Shown: positions 9,782 through 19,931, counted from the stretch's first letter. The stretch is 64,000 bases of DNA from Thermodesulfovibrionales bacterium (GCA_044450345.1 JBIOIY010000005.1:1-64000), one strand, 5' to 3'. Numbers and translations: made by a program. The notes: generated from the letters alone by a model not told the origin.

Positions 9782-10722
9782 TCGTGTATCCTTTTTTGAT
9801 AGAGATATTGCAGGTGCTGATCCTCCTTGCGGTCGCGCCGGCATTCGTCGGATGGGTCAGGGTGCTGAAATGCTGGTCCCAGAGCAGAAGTTCGGCAGGA
9901 ATATTTCAGCCTTACAGGGACATCATAAAACTTTTTTCAAAGGACGTCGTACTCGCGGAAAACGCCTCCTGGATATTCCGCTTCACCCCCTACCTTGTCT
10001 TCGGCACAGCGGTGATCGCCGGAGGTATCATTCCTATATTGTCTGTCGACCTTCCCCTCGCGGCTACAGCGGATGTCATAGTGCTCGTCGCCCTCTTTGC
10101 GATAGCGCGGTTTTTCACCGCCCTTGCAGGGATGGATATCGGCACCGCGTTCGGCGGCATGGGGTCGAGCCGTGAAATGACCATCTCGTCGCTCGCCGAA
10201 CCGGCGATGCTCATGGCTATCTTTACGATGTCCCTTGCAAGCGGATCGACGTCGCTTTCACATATGGCACAGGTCATCCTGAGCGGCCAGCCTGTTTTGA
10301 GGCCCTCGATCGTCTTTGCGTTGTTCGCCTTTATACTCATCGCGCTTGCCGAAACCGGCAGGATCCCCGTTGACAACCCGGCGACACACCTGGAGCTGAC
10401 GATGATCCACGAGGCGATGATCCTCGAATATTCCGGAAGACACCTCGCTCTGATCGAGTGGGCGTCGATGATGAAACTTTTTCTCTTCGTGGTGCTCGGG
10501 ATCGCTGCCTTCGCGCCCTGGGGCATCGCGCCCTCGGGCAATCTTCTGGCGGTCCCGGCGGCGTTCCTTTTTATGGTGATCAAGCTGTGCATAGCGGGCA
10601 TCGGCCTCGTGCTCATAGAGACAGGCCTCGCTAAGATGAGATTATTCAGACTAACCGAATTCCTAGGGTCGGCCTTCCTGCTGGCCACGCTGGGGATGTT
10701 GTCCTATTTTATTTTGGAGTGA
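9778..10722 (+). CDS. hyfC: HyfC/NuoH-like membrane subunit
   Basis: QPYRDIIKLFSK, AETGRIPVD, ELTMIHEAMILEYSG. Confidence 0.9.
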   Translation: MIVYPFLIEILQVLILLAVAPAFVGWVRVLKCWSQSRSSAGIFQPYRDIIKLFSKDVVLAENASWIFRFTPYLVFGTAVIAGGIIPILSVDLPLAATADVIVLVALFAIARFFTALAGMDIGTAFGGMGSSREMTISSLAEPAMLMAIFTMSLASGSTSLSHMAQVILSGQPVLRPSIVFALFAFILIALAETGRIPVDNPATHLELTMIHEAMILEYSGRHLALIEWASMMKLFLFVVLGIAAFAPWGIAPSGNLLAVPAAFLFMVIKLCIAGIGLVLIETGLAKMRLFRLTEFLGSAFLLATLGMLSYFILE

Positions 10723-10723
10723 G

Positions 10724-11389
10724 ATGAGCCTTCAGGTAGCGGCACAGATCAATAGTTTTCTTGCGGCGCTCGTGCTCCTCACCGCATTCGGCATGCTGGT
10801 GCAGCGGAGGATGTACGGCCTGATACATCTTTTTGCCTGGCAGGGGCTCTTCCTCTCGATCAGCACGGCCATAGTCGGCTTTGTCGCGGGGAAACATCAC
10901 CTCTATATCTCTTCGGTCCTCACGCTATCGCTCAAGGTGGTCCTCCTGCCTTACATCCTGCATGTCCTGATCCTGCGTCTGAAGATACAAAAGGAGGTTG
11001 AGACGATCGTCAACGTGCCGCTCACAATGCTGATCGGCATCGCACTCGTGATCTTGTCCTATCACCTGACCGCACCTGTTCGGGAGCTCTCGACACTGGT
11101 GACCCGTTCGACCCTTGCGGTCGCGCTCGCCACCGTCATGATCGGGCTTCTGATGATGATCACCAGAAGGCATGCGGTCACCCAGATCATAGGGTTTCTG
11201 GCAATGGAAAACGGACTCTTCTTTGCGGCGACCAGCGCGACGTACGGCATGCCCCTTGTGGTTGAACTCGGGGTGGCGCTCGACGTCCTGATCGCGGCGT
11301 TTATATTCGGGATATTCTTTTTCCACATACACACCACCTTTGACAGCCTCGATGTGGAACGGATGGCGCGGCTGAAGGAGGGAGACTGA
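10724..11389 (+). CDS. hyfE: HyfE-like membrane subunit
   Basis: QIIGFLAMENG and MPLVVELG motifs; operon position. Confidence 0.88.
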   Translation: MSLQVAAQINSFLAALVLLTAFGMLVQRRMYGLIHLFAWQGLFLSISTAIVGFVAGKHHLYISSVLTLSLKVVLLPYILHVLILRLKIQKEVETIVNVPLTMLIGIALVILSYHLTAPVRELSTLVTRSTLAVALATVMIGLLMMITRRHAVTQIIGFLAMENGLFFAATSATYGMPLVVELGVALDVLIAAFIFGIFFFHIHTTFDSLDVERMARLKEGD

Positions 11390-11426
11390 AAGATGCCTGT
11401 TTACAAACACGACGGCTGCCGGTTAT

Positions 11427-11498
11427 ATGTCATTCCGGCTTGTCCGGAATCTTTCTTCCGGATGGATTCCCGATGCGCTTTGCTTGCGGGAATGACAT
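11427..11498. repeat. GTCATTCC...GGAATGAC palindromic REP-like element between hyfE and hyfF
   Basis: Terminal inverted repeat ATGTCATTCC/GGAATGACAT with internal hairpins; related to the elements at 23609 and 51232. Confidence 0.75.
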
Positions 11499-11526
11499 GC
11501 AATCGAATGCATGTTGAGGTAAATAG

Positions 11527-12975
11527 ATGATGCTGCTTATTTTGTTGGTTGTGCCTCTTGCTGCGGCGATCATACTTGCCTTTGTAGGAGACAGAAAGTT
11601 TGCTCCGGAGATCAATATCTTTTGCTCGGCCGCAAATTTTGCCGCAGGGCTGGGGTTGGCCTTCCAGGTCTATTATCACGGACCTATGCTGGCTGGAGGG
11701 AAGTTTTTCTTCGTAGATGCCTTTAATGTCTACCTCGCGGTCCTCACCTCTTTTGTCTCGATGACTACCGCTGTCTTCAGCAGGCGCTATATGCGCAGGG
11801 AGAGGGAACACGGTCGCGTCGGACATATAGGGATGCGGTTCTATCATGCGATGTTCCAGCTCTTTATCTTCGCCATGCTCCTTTGCCTCCTGACGAACAA
11901 TGTCGGCATATTATGGATCGCGATGGAACTGGCCACACTCTCGACGGTCCTTCTGGTCTCACTCTACCGCACACCTACCGCGATCGAGGCGGCCTGGAAA
12001 TATTTTATCCTCTGCGGCGTTGGCATTGCCCAGGCTCTGTTCGGGACGGTGCTCCTTTACTTTGCCGCTGAGAAGGTCCTGGGTGAGGGAGGAGAGGCCC
12101 TGCTCTGGACAAACCTCAGCCGGGTGAGCGGTCAACTGGAGCCGACGGTCCTGTCCCTTGCCTTCGTCTTTCTCATGGTGGGATACGGCACGAAGGTCGG
12201 CCTTGTGCCTCTTCATAACTGGCTTCCGGACGCGCACAGCGAAGGTCCCACCCCGATCTCGGCAGTGCTCTCCGGCCTGCTGCTGAACGTCGCTCTCTAT
12301 GCGCTCGTCAGGTGCAAGGTCCTGGTGGACGGCTCTACCGGCACTCATCACGCCGGCGACATCATGATGGGCTTCGGGCTCATCTCGCTACTTGTCGCGG
12401 CCTTCTCGCTCCTGAGGCAAAAGGACATTAAACGGATGTTCTCATATTCGTCCATCGAGCATATGGGGATCGCCACCTTTGCATTCGGTCTGGGCGGCCC
12501 GATCGCGACCTTCGGTGGCCTTCTCCATATGCTCGTCCACAGCCTTGCCAAGTCGTCCATTTTCTTCACCGTCGGCCACGCATCGCAGATGCACCGTACG
12601 CAGGACATGGACAGGATAAAGGGACTCTTCAAGGGCAATCCGCTCGTCGGATGGGGACTGATGTTCGGGGTGATGGCGATCGTCGGCATGCCGCCCTTCG
12701 GCGTATTCACGAGCGAGTTCCTCATCCTGACCGCCACGATAAAAGACGCCCCTCTTCTTACTCCGTTTCTCCTTCTCGGTCTCGGCGTCGCCTTTGCAGC
12801 ACTATTCCGCAGGGTCCAGCCGATGGTCTCCGGAGAGGTCCCTTCGTACCAAAAATCTATGCGGGTCGCCCATCTGCCTGTCCTGCTCCATATGGCCTTG
12901 GTCCTTTTCATAGGAATCTACCTGCCTGATTTTCTGAACCAGTGGTTTCATACCGCGGTGGAGCTACTGAGATGA
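11527..12975 (+). CDS. hyfF: HyfF-like antiporter subunit
   Basis: EAAWKYFIL, PLHNWLPDAHSEGP, KRMFSYSSIEHMG. Confidence 0.9.
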   Translation: MMLLILLVVPLAAAIILAFVGDRKFAPEINIFCSAANFAAGLGLAFQVYYHGPMLAGGKFFFVDAFNVYLAVLTSFVSMTTAVFSRRYMRREREHGRVGHIGMRFYHAMFQLFIFAMLLCLLTNNVGILWIAMELATLSTVLLVSLYRTPTAIEAAWKYFILCGVGIAQALFGTVLLYFAAEKVLGEGGEALLWTNLSRVSGQLEPTVLSLAFVFLMVGYGTKVGLVPLHNWLPDAHSEGPTPISAVLSGLLLNVALYALVRCKVLVDGSTGTHHAGDIMMGFGLISLLVAAFSLLRQKDIKRMFSYSSIEHMGIATFAFGLGGPIATFGGLLHMLVHSLAKSSIFFTVGHASQMHRTQDMDRIKGLFKGNPLVGWGLMFGVMAIVGMPPFGVFTSEFLILTATIKDAPLLTPFLLLGLGVAFAALFRRVQPMVSGEVPSYQKSMRVAHLPVLLHMALVLFIGIYLPDFLNQWFHTAVELLR

Positions 12976-14555
12976 GCATACTGAAAGACGCTATAACTTC
13001 ACTGCTTAAAGAGGATGTCCATTTCGTAGAGGGATATCAATACCCGGCCCGTGTAGTCTTCTGCTCCGTGCCTAGAGAAAAATTCGTTGAGGCGGCGAGG
13101 TCAATGAAAAAGGCCTATGCACTGCTTGCGGCCGAATGGGCAACTGACGAGACATCCCTGGGGAGGGGGTACGGGATATTCGCATGTTATCGTTGGGGTT
13201 CCGAATATCTCATCGTAAAGACAGAGGCACCGGCCGATGACCCGGCTTTCCCGAGCCTCACGAAGAAGTTCCTTCCGGCCTATCGCTTCGAGCGGCAGAT
13301 ACAGAGCCTTATGGGTATTACTCCGCTTGACCACCCCGATACGCGTCCATGGATAAAATTCGAGGATTGGCCCGAGGATGCCTGGCCGCTTCGGAAATCC
13401 TTCGATCCATCGAAGCCGATGCTGCGAGTAAAAGGCGAATACAAGTGGACGAAGGCCGAGGGGGAAGGTGTATACGAGATACCAGTCGGACCTGTCCATG
13501 CCGGGATCATCGAGCCCGGCCATTTCCGTTTCCAGGCGGTTGGGGAAGATGTCCTGAACCTCGAAGAGAGGCTTGGATACGTGCATAAGGGCATAGAGAA
13601 AAGGTTTGAAGCACTTTCCTGGCAAGAAGGCTTCAGGTTGGCAGGCCGCGTCTCAGGGGACACTACCGTGGCCCACAGTCTCACTTACTGCATGGCGCTG
13701 GAATCCCTGGCAGGATGTAATCCGCCCGAAAGGGCGCACTGGCTAAGGGCCCTTTTCCTTGAAAGGGAGCGCATCGCCAACCACCTGGGAGACATAGGCG
13801 CGATCTGCAACGACGCCGCCTTTGCCTTCATGCTGTATCAGATGATGAGGCTCAAGGAAATGCTCCTCCGCACAAACCATACGCTCTTCGGCCACAGGTT
13901 CATCATGGACAGGGTAATACCCGGTGGCGTCGCGGTCGACATAGATGCTGAAGGGAAGAATGAAATACTGTCTGAACTTGCGCGTCTTTTAAAAGACTTC
14001 GAGAGGCTCGTCACAATATATGAAGAAAACCCGTCTCTGGAAGACAGGGTAAGAAATACCGGGATGCTTAAACCCAAAAGGGCAAGGGAGATATGCGCAG
14101 TCGGCATCGTTGCAAGGGCGAGCGGTCTGAACCTCGACTGCCGGATATTCAACCCCTTCCCGCCTTACGATCAATATCACAGGCTGGAACTCGATGTGCC
14201 GGTAATGATCTCGGGCGACGTCCATGCAAGGATATGGGTCAGGGTCCAGGAGATACGCGAATCGATAAGGATCATCGGCTGGATACTGGAAAACATGCCT
14301 GACGGGGCAACATCTGTCCCTCTCGAAACGCCTCCTCCTGACAAGGCAGGATTTGCAGCGGTCGAGGGCTGGCGCGGTGAAATCATCTACTGGCTCCAGT
14401 CCGGACCGGCAGGAGAAGTCAACCGCTGCATGGTCAGGGACCCTTCCAGCGTCAACTGGCTGGGGCTTGAGCGGGCGATACACGGTAATATAGTGCCTGA
14501 CTTTCCCCTCTGCAACAAGAGTTTTAACCAGTCCTACTCGGGTCATGATCTATGA
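12972..14555 (+). CDS. NuoC+D-like / HyfG-like large subunit lacking NiFe ligands (Ehr large subunit)
   Basis: GPVHAGIIEPGHFRF and GYVHKGIEK present. RVSGD replaces RxCxxC, and the C-terminus DFPLCNKSFNQSYSGHDL lacks DPCxxC. ATGA overlap with hyfF. Confidence 0.88.
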   Translation: MSILKDAITSLLKEDVHFVEGYQYPARVVFCSVPREKFVEAARSMKKAYALLAAEWATDETSLGRGYGIFACYRWGSEYLIVKTEAPADDPAFPSLTKKFLPAYRFERQIQSLMGITPLDHPDTRPWIKFEDWPEDAWPLRKSFDPSKPMLRVKGEYKWTKAEGEGVYEIPVGPVHAGIIEPGHFRFQAVGEDVLNLEERLGYVHKGIEKRFEALSWQEGFRLAGRVSGDTTVAHSLTYCMALESLAGCNPPERAHWLRALFLERERIANHLGDIGAICNDAAFAFMLYQMMRLKEMLLRTNHTLFGHRFIMDRVIPGGVAVDIDAEGKNEILSELARLLKDFERLVTIYEENPSLEDRVRNTGMLKPKRAREICAVGIVARASGLNLDCRIFNPFPPYDQYHRLELDVPVMISGDVHARIWVRVQEIRESIRIIGWILENMPDGATSVPLETPPPDKAGFAAVEGWRGEIIYWLQSGPAGEVNRCMVRDPSSVNWLGLERAIHGNIVPDFPLCNKSFNQSYSGHDL

Positions 14556-15082
14556 TTAGGATTCTCAAACAGATATTCCGTACAGGCATCGTTACCGAGC
14601 CGCTTCCCCCTGATGCGGCGCAGGAGATCGAGATCGTCGGGCTCAAGCTGGAAGAGGCGGTCAGAAAGCGCTTCAGGAGGAGCCTCGCCATACGTCAGGT
14701 CGACGCGGGCTCATGTAACGGCTGCGAGCTCGAGATCCATGCGATCAACAACCCGATCTACAATTGCGAAAAGTACGGTATCCATTTCACCGCATCTCCA
14801 CGTTTCGCCGACATGCTCCTTGTCACGGGACCGGTCACTCACAATATGGAGATCGCCCTTCGCAGGACGTATGCCGCCACTCCCTCTCCGAAGCTCGTAG
14901 TGGCGGTTGGCGATTGCGCATGCAACGGCGGGATCTTCGGAGAAAGCTACGCCTCTCTCGGCGGCATCGACAAAGTAATACCCGTCGATGCCCGGATCCC
15001 CGGTTGCCCGCCGACGCCGTTTCAGCTCATGCAGGGACTGACCCGCCTCCTGGAGAACACGGAAGAACGAAAGTCCCGATAA
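14552..15082 (+). CDS. NuoB/HyfI-like Fe-S small subunit
   Basis: AGSCNGCE, ASPRFAD, GDCA, IPGCPP. Confidence 0.9.
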   Translation: MIRILKQIFRTGIVTEPLPPDAAQEIEIVGLKLEEAVRKRFRRSLAIRQVDAGSCNGCELEIHAINNPIYNCEKYGIHFTASPRFADMLLVTGPVTHNMEIALRRTYAATPSPKLVVAVGDCACNGGIFGESYASLGGIDKVIPVDARIPGCPPTPFQLMQGLTRLLENTEERKSR

Positions 15083-15133
15083 ATTCGAGCCGCGTCACGG
15101 GGCAGCTGCATGGTGACGAAGAATCGGAAAAAA

Positions 15134-16480
15134 TTATGATTCCGCAGAAGTGTCGGCAGGGGGCAGAGTAAAATAAAAGGTGGCCCCTTTGCCGGGTTCA
15201 CCCTCCGCCCAGACCCTTCCGCCGTGGCCGGTGACTATACGATGCACGATTGCAAGACCTATCCCGGTGCCGGCGAACTCTTCTCCCGAAAGAAGCCTAT
15301 GAAACGGGAGGAAGAGTTTGTCCGCATAGGCCATATCAAATCCGATACCGTTGTCCCTGACATAATAAATGGTCCCCTCTTGGGAGGGGCCTGTCTGTCC
15401 GGTAGGCAGGTGCGGGGGTGGGTTCCTGACGGCCCCGAACTCGATTCTTGCATGTTCCTGCTTCACTGTAAACTTCCATGCGTTGCCGATGAGGTTTTCG
15501 AGAAGAGGACGCAGGAGGTTAAGGTTTCCGGAGGCATACAAGCCGTCCTGGATGACAAAATCCACCTTCCGCTCCGGCTCCTCAGAGGAAAATTTCCTGG
15601 CGGCCTCCGACGCCACCGCGCTCAGGTTGACCGTGGTAATCACAGGGTCGGCCCGGCCGACAAGAGAGAGTTTCACCAGATCATCGATAAGATCGGACAT
15701 GCGACTGCCGGCCTTAATTATGCGCTTGAAGTAATCCTTCCCCTGCTCATCGAGTCTCTCCGCATAATCCTCCATTATTATCTTGGTGAATCCGGTGATG
15801 CTCCTGAGAGGGGCGCGAAGGTCATGAGAGACGGCGTAGGTGAAGGACCCCATTTCCCGGTTGAAGGCCGACAGTTCGGCGACCTTCCCCACCAATTGCG
15901 CATTCAGTGAGGCGATGCGCTCTTCCGCCTGTTTCCGCTGCGATATATCGATCACCGCGGTGCGGCACCTTCCTGCTTTGCCGTCTTCATCCTCTGAAAA
16001 AACGCTCTGGAGCTGAACAGGGATTTCGGTTTCTCCCTTACTTGTCAGTCTCACCTCAATCGTCTGTCTCATCCTGCTGCCGAAGACCTCCCGCAGGTGT
16101 CCGAAAAAGGCGTCCCGGTCTTCTTTCACAAGAAATTTCGAAAAGGGCATCTTAAGGACTCTGCTCCTTTCAAGCCCGAGCATCGTGGCCCCTGTGATAT
16201 TTACGGAATGGACCACCCCTTTTTCGCCGAGGGTGAAATAGGCGACAGGGGCGAAGTCATAGAGGTCGGCATAGTTTCGCATCGTCTTTTCGAGGTCGCC
16301 CTGCGCCCTCCTCAGTTCCTCGTTCTGCATTTCGAGTTCGATCTGGTGGGTCCCCAATTCATGGACCAGCTCATCGGTACTTTGTCCGGAGAGAGCCGAG
16401 AGCCGCTCGGTCTGAGACTTCAGCTTCTCTTCAGCCATTTTCCGCAGATCTGCAGGCCCTGTTCGAGAGGTCTTTTTCAT
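15134..16480 (-). CDS. PAS sensor histidine kinase (CheB/CheR-fusion partner type)
   Basis: HQIELEMQNEEL coiled coil, PAS, SHDLRAPL, NAWKF, DNGIG, GTGIGL. Confidence 0.93.
   Translation of the reverse strand: MKKTSRTGPADLRKMAEEKLKSQTERLSALSGQSTDELVHELGTHQIELEMQNEELRRAQGDLEKTMRNYADLYDFAPVAYFTLGEKGVVHSVNITGATMLGLERSRVLKMPFSKFLVKEDRDAFFGHLREVFGSRMRQTIEVRLTSKGETEIPVQLQSVFSEDEDGKAGRCRTAVIDISQRKQAEERIASLNAQLVGKVAELSAFNREMGSFTYAVSHDLRAPLRSITGFTKIIMEDYAERLDEQGKDYFKRIIKAGSRMSDLIDDLVKLSLVGRADPVITTVNLSAVASEAARKFSSEEPERKVDFVIQDGLYASGNLNLLRPLLENLIGNAWKFTVKQEHARIEFGAVRNPPPHLPTGQTGPSQEGTIYYVRDNGIGFDMAYADKLFLPFHRLLSGEEFAGTGIGLAIVHRIVTGHGGRVWAEGEPGKGATFYFTLPPADTSAES
15373..15424. repeat. Nested palindromic element lying in frame in the kinase gene
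   Basis: CCCCTCTTGGGAGGGG[CCTGTCTGTCCGGTAGGCAGG]TGCGGGGGTGGG; encodes NPPPHLPTGQTGPSQEG. Confidence 0.65.
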
Positions 16481-19400
16481 GACCGCCCCCTGTCGACTTT
16501 GTTGACAACGAGGAGGACCATCTCAGTCCCGATCCCCCGGTGGGTTATTCTCCGGGCGTTGAGGAGCATCTTCATAGGCCCGATTTTCGGTATGTCGGCC
16601 TCGACGACAAAGTCCTTGAACGGGATGTTTTCAGAGAATATCTTCTGCAGCATTTCCTTGAGCTCCGGGATATTCCAGTGGCCTTCGTCCAGTTCAAAGA
16701 TCGGCTTGTTTTCAGCCTCCCCCGATGATGTCTTGAAGATTGAGTAGAATGCCCTGTTCGCAGATATAACTGACAGGTCCTTATCAAGGACTACAAGCGG
16801 TTCGGAGATCGTCTCGTATATCCCTTCGCTGAAGGCCAGCGCATCCTGTAGTGCCTGCATCTTCTTATGCTCCGTCACGTCGATAAAGGTTACGATAGCG
16901 CCCGCTATCATATTGCCGGAAGTCCTGTAGGGGATGATCCTGGTCAGGTACCACCTGCCGTCCTGATGCCTCATAGGAACCTCTTTCATCGCAAGGGTGT
17001 CGAGAACCCGCTTGACGTCAGCAGTCAGTTCAGGGTATTCGACCTTGAAAGTGAAATCGGTGATCGGGCGGCCGATGTCGGACTCGAGGAGATTCACGAT
17101 GTCTTTTATCGGCGGCGTGAAGTTCTTGATGGCGAGGTCGTTGTCAAGGAAGAGCGTGGCTATCTGCGTGCTTGCAGTCAGGTTACGCAGGTCATCGTAT
17201 GCCTTGGAGAGCTCATCGATCTTGCCCTGGTATTCGGCGTTCATCGTGATCAGTTCTTCGTTTACCGACTGGAGCTCCTCCCGTGAGGTTTCGAGTTCCT
17301 CGTTCGTACTCTGGAATTCTTCGTTCGCAGACTGCAATTCTTCGTTCGCCGATTTCAGCTCTTCGTTGGCGGTCTCAAGTTCTTCGATAGTCGTCTGGAG
17401 CCGCTCTCTTGTCGCCTTCAACTCAAATTCGAGTTCATCTATGCGGCGGCTGTCCTGCGTCTTCATGCGTTTCTGCCTCCGCCCGGCCTTTTCCTTCTCG
17501 TGGACTTTAACTTCCCTGAAGACAACGGTGAAGAGAGAGGTAAGTGCCTCCGGCCGCTTGACGGGCGTGACCTCGAAATCGATGATATGAAAACTCCCGT
17601 TCGTCTTTACCTGAACGCCTCCGATCCGCATCTCCTTCTTCTTCCTGGCCGCCTCCCGGAGGGCCGCCCGCAGTTCGAGCCGCAGCCCTTCCCGTGCCAT
17701 TTCGAGCACGTTCATCTGCGCCGCCTTCCCTGCCGGTGGTTCGAGGTAGTTTCCTGTGCGGCCGTGGATGTAAAGAATGTCTCCCCTATCGTTCACAATC
17801 ACGCAGGGGGGCGCGTATTTTTCGAGTATAAGACGCTCGGCCAGGTCGCTGAACCCAGGTTCTACCGGCAGCTTCGCAGCAGTGATCTTTTCCGGAAGAA
17901 TTTTCTTCACGGCAGGCAAGGCCTTCAGACCGATCGGCAAGGGCAGGCCGGTCTTGAGGGCCTTAAATATTTTCCACTTCCTGTCGATTACCGAGAAAAG
18001 GTCGGTGGCGACGCCGATTGTCTCCGAAGGACCGAGGAAGAGGACCCCTTCGGGGTTAAGCGCGTAGCTGAAGGTACTGAGCACCCTCTTCTGGAGCGCC
18101 GAATTCAGGTAGATAAGGAGGTTCCTGCAGCTTATCAGGTCGAGCCTTGAAAAGGGGGGGTCTTTTGTGACGTTCTGCACCGAAAATATTATCATCTCCC
18201 TTATCTCGTCTTTTACCTTATAAACGTTTCCCTTCCTGGTGAAGTACCGTGAAAGCCGTTCGGGCGATACATCGACAGTGATGTTCTCCGCATAAGCGCC
18301 GGTCCGGGCGGTGTCGATGGCCTCTGCGTCGATGTCGGTCCCGAATATCTGGGCCTTGAAGTCCAGGTTTGCCTTCTGCATATATTCACGGATGAGGATA
18401 GCCAGGGAATATGCCTCTTCACCGGTCGAACAGCCGGGGACCCAGACCCGCAGAGGGTTTTCGAAGGACTTGTCTCTTGTGATAAGAGGCAGGGCCTCTT
18501 TCCTGACGGCATCGAAGGCGTCGCTGTCCCTGAAAAAGTTAGTGACCCTGATGAGAAGCTCCTTGAAGAGGACATCGATCTCCTGGGGGTTATGGCGGAG
18601 ATATGACACATAGTCGGTCAGGCCCTTGATCTGGTGGATCACGGTCCGTTTTTCGATCCTGCGGAGGATGGTGCTCTGCTTATAGAGAGAAAAATCATTG
18701 CCGGTCTTCGCCCTGATCAGGACGAATATCTTCTGAAGAGGGTCTATACGCTGCTCCTCCGGCCCGTCGACCGGTCTCAATGGTCTCTTGATGATCCGGC
18801 TTATGAAGCCGAGCAACTGCTCGGGTATTTTTGCAGCAGGAAGGACAAAATCGACCAGCCCTGTGGCGATCGAGCTTGCGGGCATCCCGTCATACTTTGC
18901 GTCCTTCGGGTCCTGGACCACAAGCAGTCCATCTTCGCCTTTGATCGCCCTGATTCCGAGAGCGCCTTCAGTGCCGGTGCCGGAAAGTACTACAGCCACC
19001 GCCTTTTCCCTTTGGTCCTGGGCAAGGGCGCGGAAGAAAAAGTCGATCGGGTGTCTCAGACCCCGGCTTTCTACGGGTACAAAAAGGTGGAGCTTCCCGT
19101 GGAGTATCGCCATGTCCTTATTCGGAGGAATTATGTAAACGCAGTCAGGCCTCACCTCCATGCCGTCCTTCGTCTCGAATATGGACATCTTTGTGTAACG
19201 TTTGAGGAGCTCGGGCAGTATGCTCTTGTGCGAGGGATCAAGGTGAGATACCAGGACAAAGGCCATTCCGCTGTCCGGCGGCATATTCAGAAAAAAATGT
19301 TCGAGCGCCTCCAGTCCGCCGGCCGATGACCCGATCCCTACGACAAAGAAGTCCTTGCCGGGAGCAGGGCTTTTTTCCCTGACATCGGCCGCGGCCTTCT

Positions 19401-19494
19401 TCTCAGGCGGCGCAGGGGCAACGGCCTTTTTGCGCACCGCTGGCGATTGTTTCTTTGCCTTGCCCTTTTTAGCTCCTGGCGTTCCCATTTTCAT
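16477..19494 (-). CDS. CheB methylesterase-CheR methyltransferase-PAS fusion
   Basis: GIGSSAGG, PIDFFF, VWVPGCSTGEEAYS, DLISCRNLLIY, ELQSANEE coiled coil and PAS domains. Start uncertain (ORF opens at 19602). Confidence 0.92.
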   Translation of the reverse strand: MKMGTPGAKKGKAKKQSPAVRKKAVAPAPPEKKAAADVREKSPAPGKDFFVVGIGSSAGGLEALEHFFLNMPPDSGMAFVLVSHLDPSHKSILPELLKRYTKMSIFETKDGMEVRPDCVYIIPPNKDMAILHGKLHLFVPVESRGLRHPIDFFFRALAQDQREKAVAVVLSGTGTEGALGIRAIKGEDGLLVVQDPKDAKYDGMPASSIATGLVDFVLPAAKIPEQLLGFISRIIKRPLRPVDGPEEQRIDPLQKIFVLIRAKTGNDFSLYKQSTILRRIEKRTVIHQIKGLTDYVSYLRHNPQEIDVLFKELLIRVTNFFRDSDAFDAVRKEALPLITRDKSFENPLRVWVPGCSTGEEAYSLAILIREYMQKANLDFKAQIFGTDIDAEAIDTARTGAYAENITVDVSPERLSRYFTRKGNVYKVKDEIREMIIFSVQNVTKDPPFSRLDLISCRNLLIYLNSALQKRVLSTFSYALNPEGVLFLGPSETIGVATDLFSVIDRKWKIFKALKTGLPLPIGLKALPAVKKILPEKITAAKLPVEPGFSDLAERLILEKYAPPCVIVNDRGDILYIHGRTGNYLEPPAGKAAQMNVLEMAREGLRLELRAALREAARKKKEMRIGGVQVKTNGSFHIIDFEVTPVKRPEALTSLFTVVFREVKVHEKEKAGRRQKRMKTQDSRRIDELEFELKATRERLQTTIEELETANEELKSANEELQSANEEFQSTNEELETSREELQSVNEELITMNAEYQGKIDELSKAYDDLRNLTASTQIATLFLDNDLAIKNFTPPIKDIVNLLESDIGRPITDFTFKVEYPELTADVKRVLDTLAMKEVPMRHQDGRWYLTRIIPYRTSGNMIAGAIVTFIDVTEHKKMQALQDALAFSEGIYETISEPLVVLDKDLSVISANRAFYSIFKTSSGEAENKPIFELDEGHWNIPELKEMLQKIFSENIPFKDFVVEADIPKIGPMKMLLNARRITHRGIGTEMVLLVVNKVDRGRS

Positions 19495-19532
19495 CTTTTT
19501 ATGCGTATCGACGGCGGCAGTTCCTCCCGTCG

Positions 19533-19931
19533 TTATCCCTCTTTCCCGTAAGGGTCCTTCCCTTCCAGTGCGGCCTTCGTGGTCTGTATCAGGTCTTCCC
19601 ATCGGATCGGTTTCGCCATATAATCAAAGACACCGAGACGTGCAGCATCTACCGCAGTCTCGACAGTGGGCGCGCCGGTGATTATGACGACGGGACAGGT
19701 TATGCCGCTTTCCCTCGCCCCACGGATGACGTCAATACCCGTTTTGCCTCCGCCCAGGATTATGTCGGCGTATATCATGTCGAACGCCGTCGTTTCTATC
19801 ATCTCTCTTGCCTCGCCGTAATTCTTAGCGGTAACGACCTCATACCCTTCTTCCGTGAGAAAACATTCGAGGGTAAATCTGATGCTCTCCTCATCGTCGA
19901 CGATGAGGATCCTATGCTTTTTCTCCACCAT
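19533..19931 (-). CDS. Single-domain response regulator
   Basis: ILIVDDE, YADIIL, ITG, KP. Confidence 0.9.
   Translation of the reverse strand: MVEKKHRILIVDDEESIRFTLECFLTEEGYEVVTAKNYGEAREMIETTAFDMIYADIILGGGKTGIDVIRGARESGITCPVVIITGAPTVETAVDAARLGVFDYMAKPIRWEDLIQTTKAALEGKDPYGKEG

Noticed and set aside
12972..14555. True [NiFe] hydrogenase or formate hydrogenlyase
   Set aside because: Both NiFe-binding CxxC motifs are absent.
17270..17400. 21-nt periodic repeats in the cheBR gene
   Set aside because: They encode the usual ELQSxNEE heptad coiled coil of this family.
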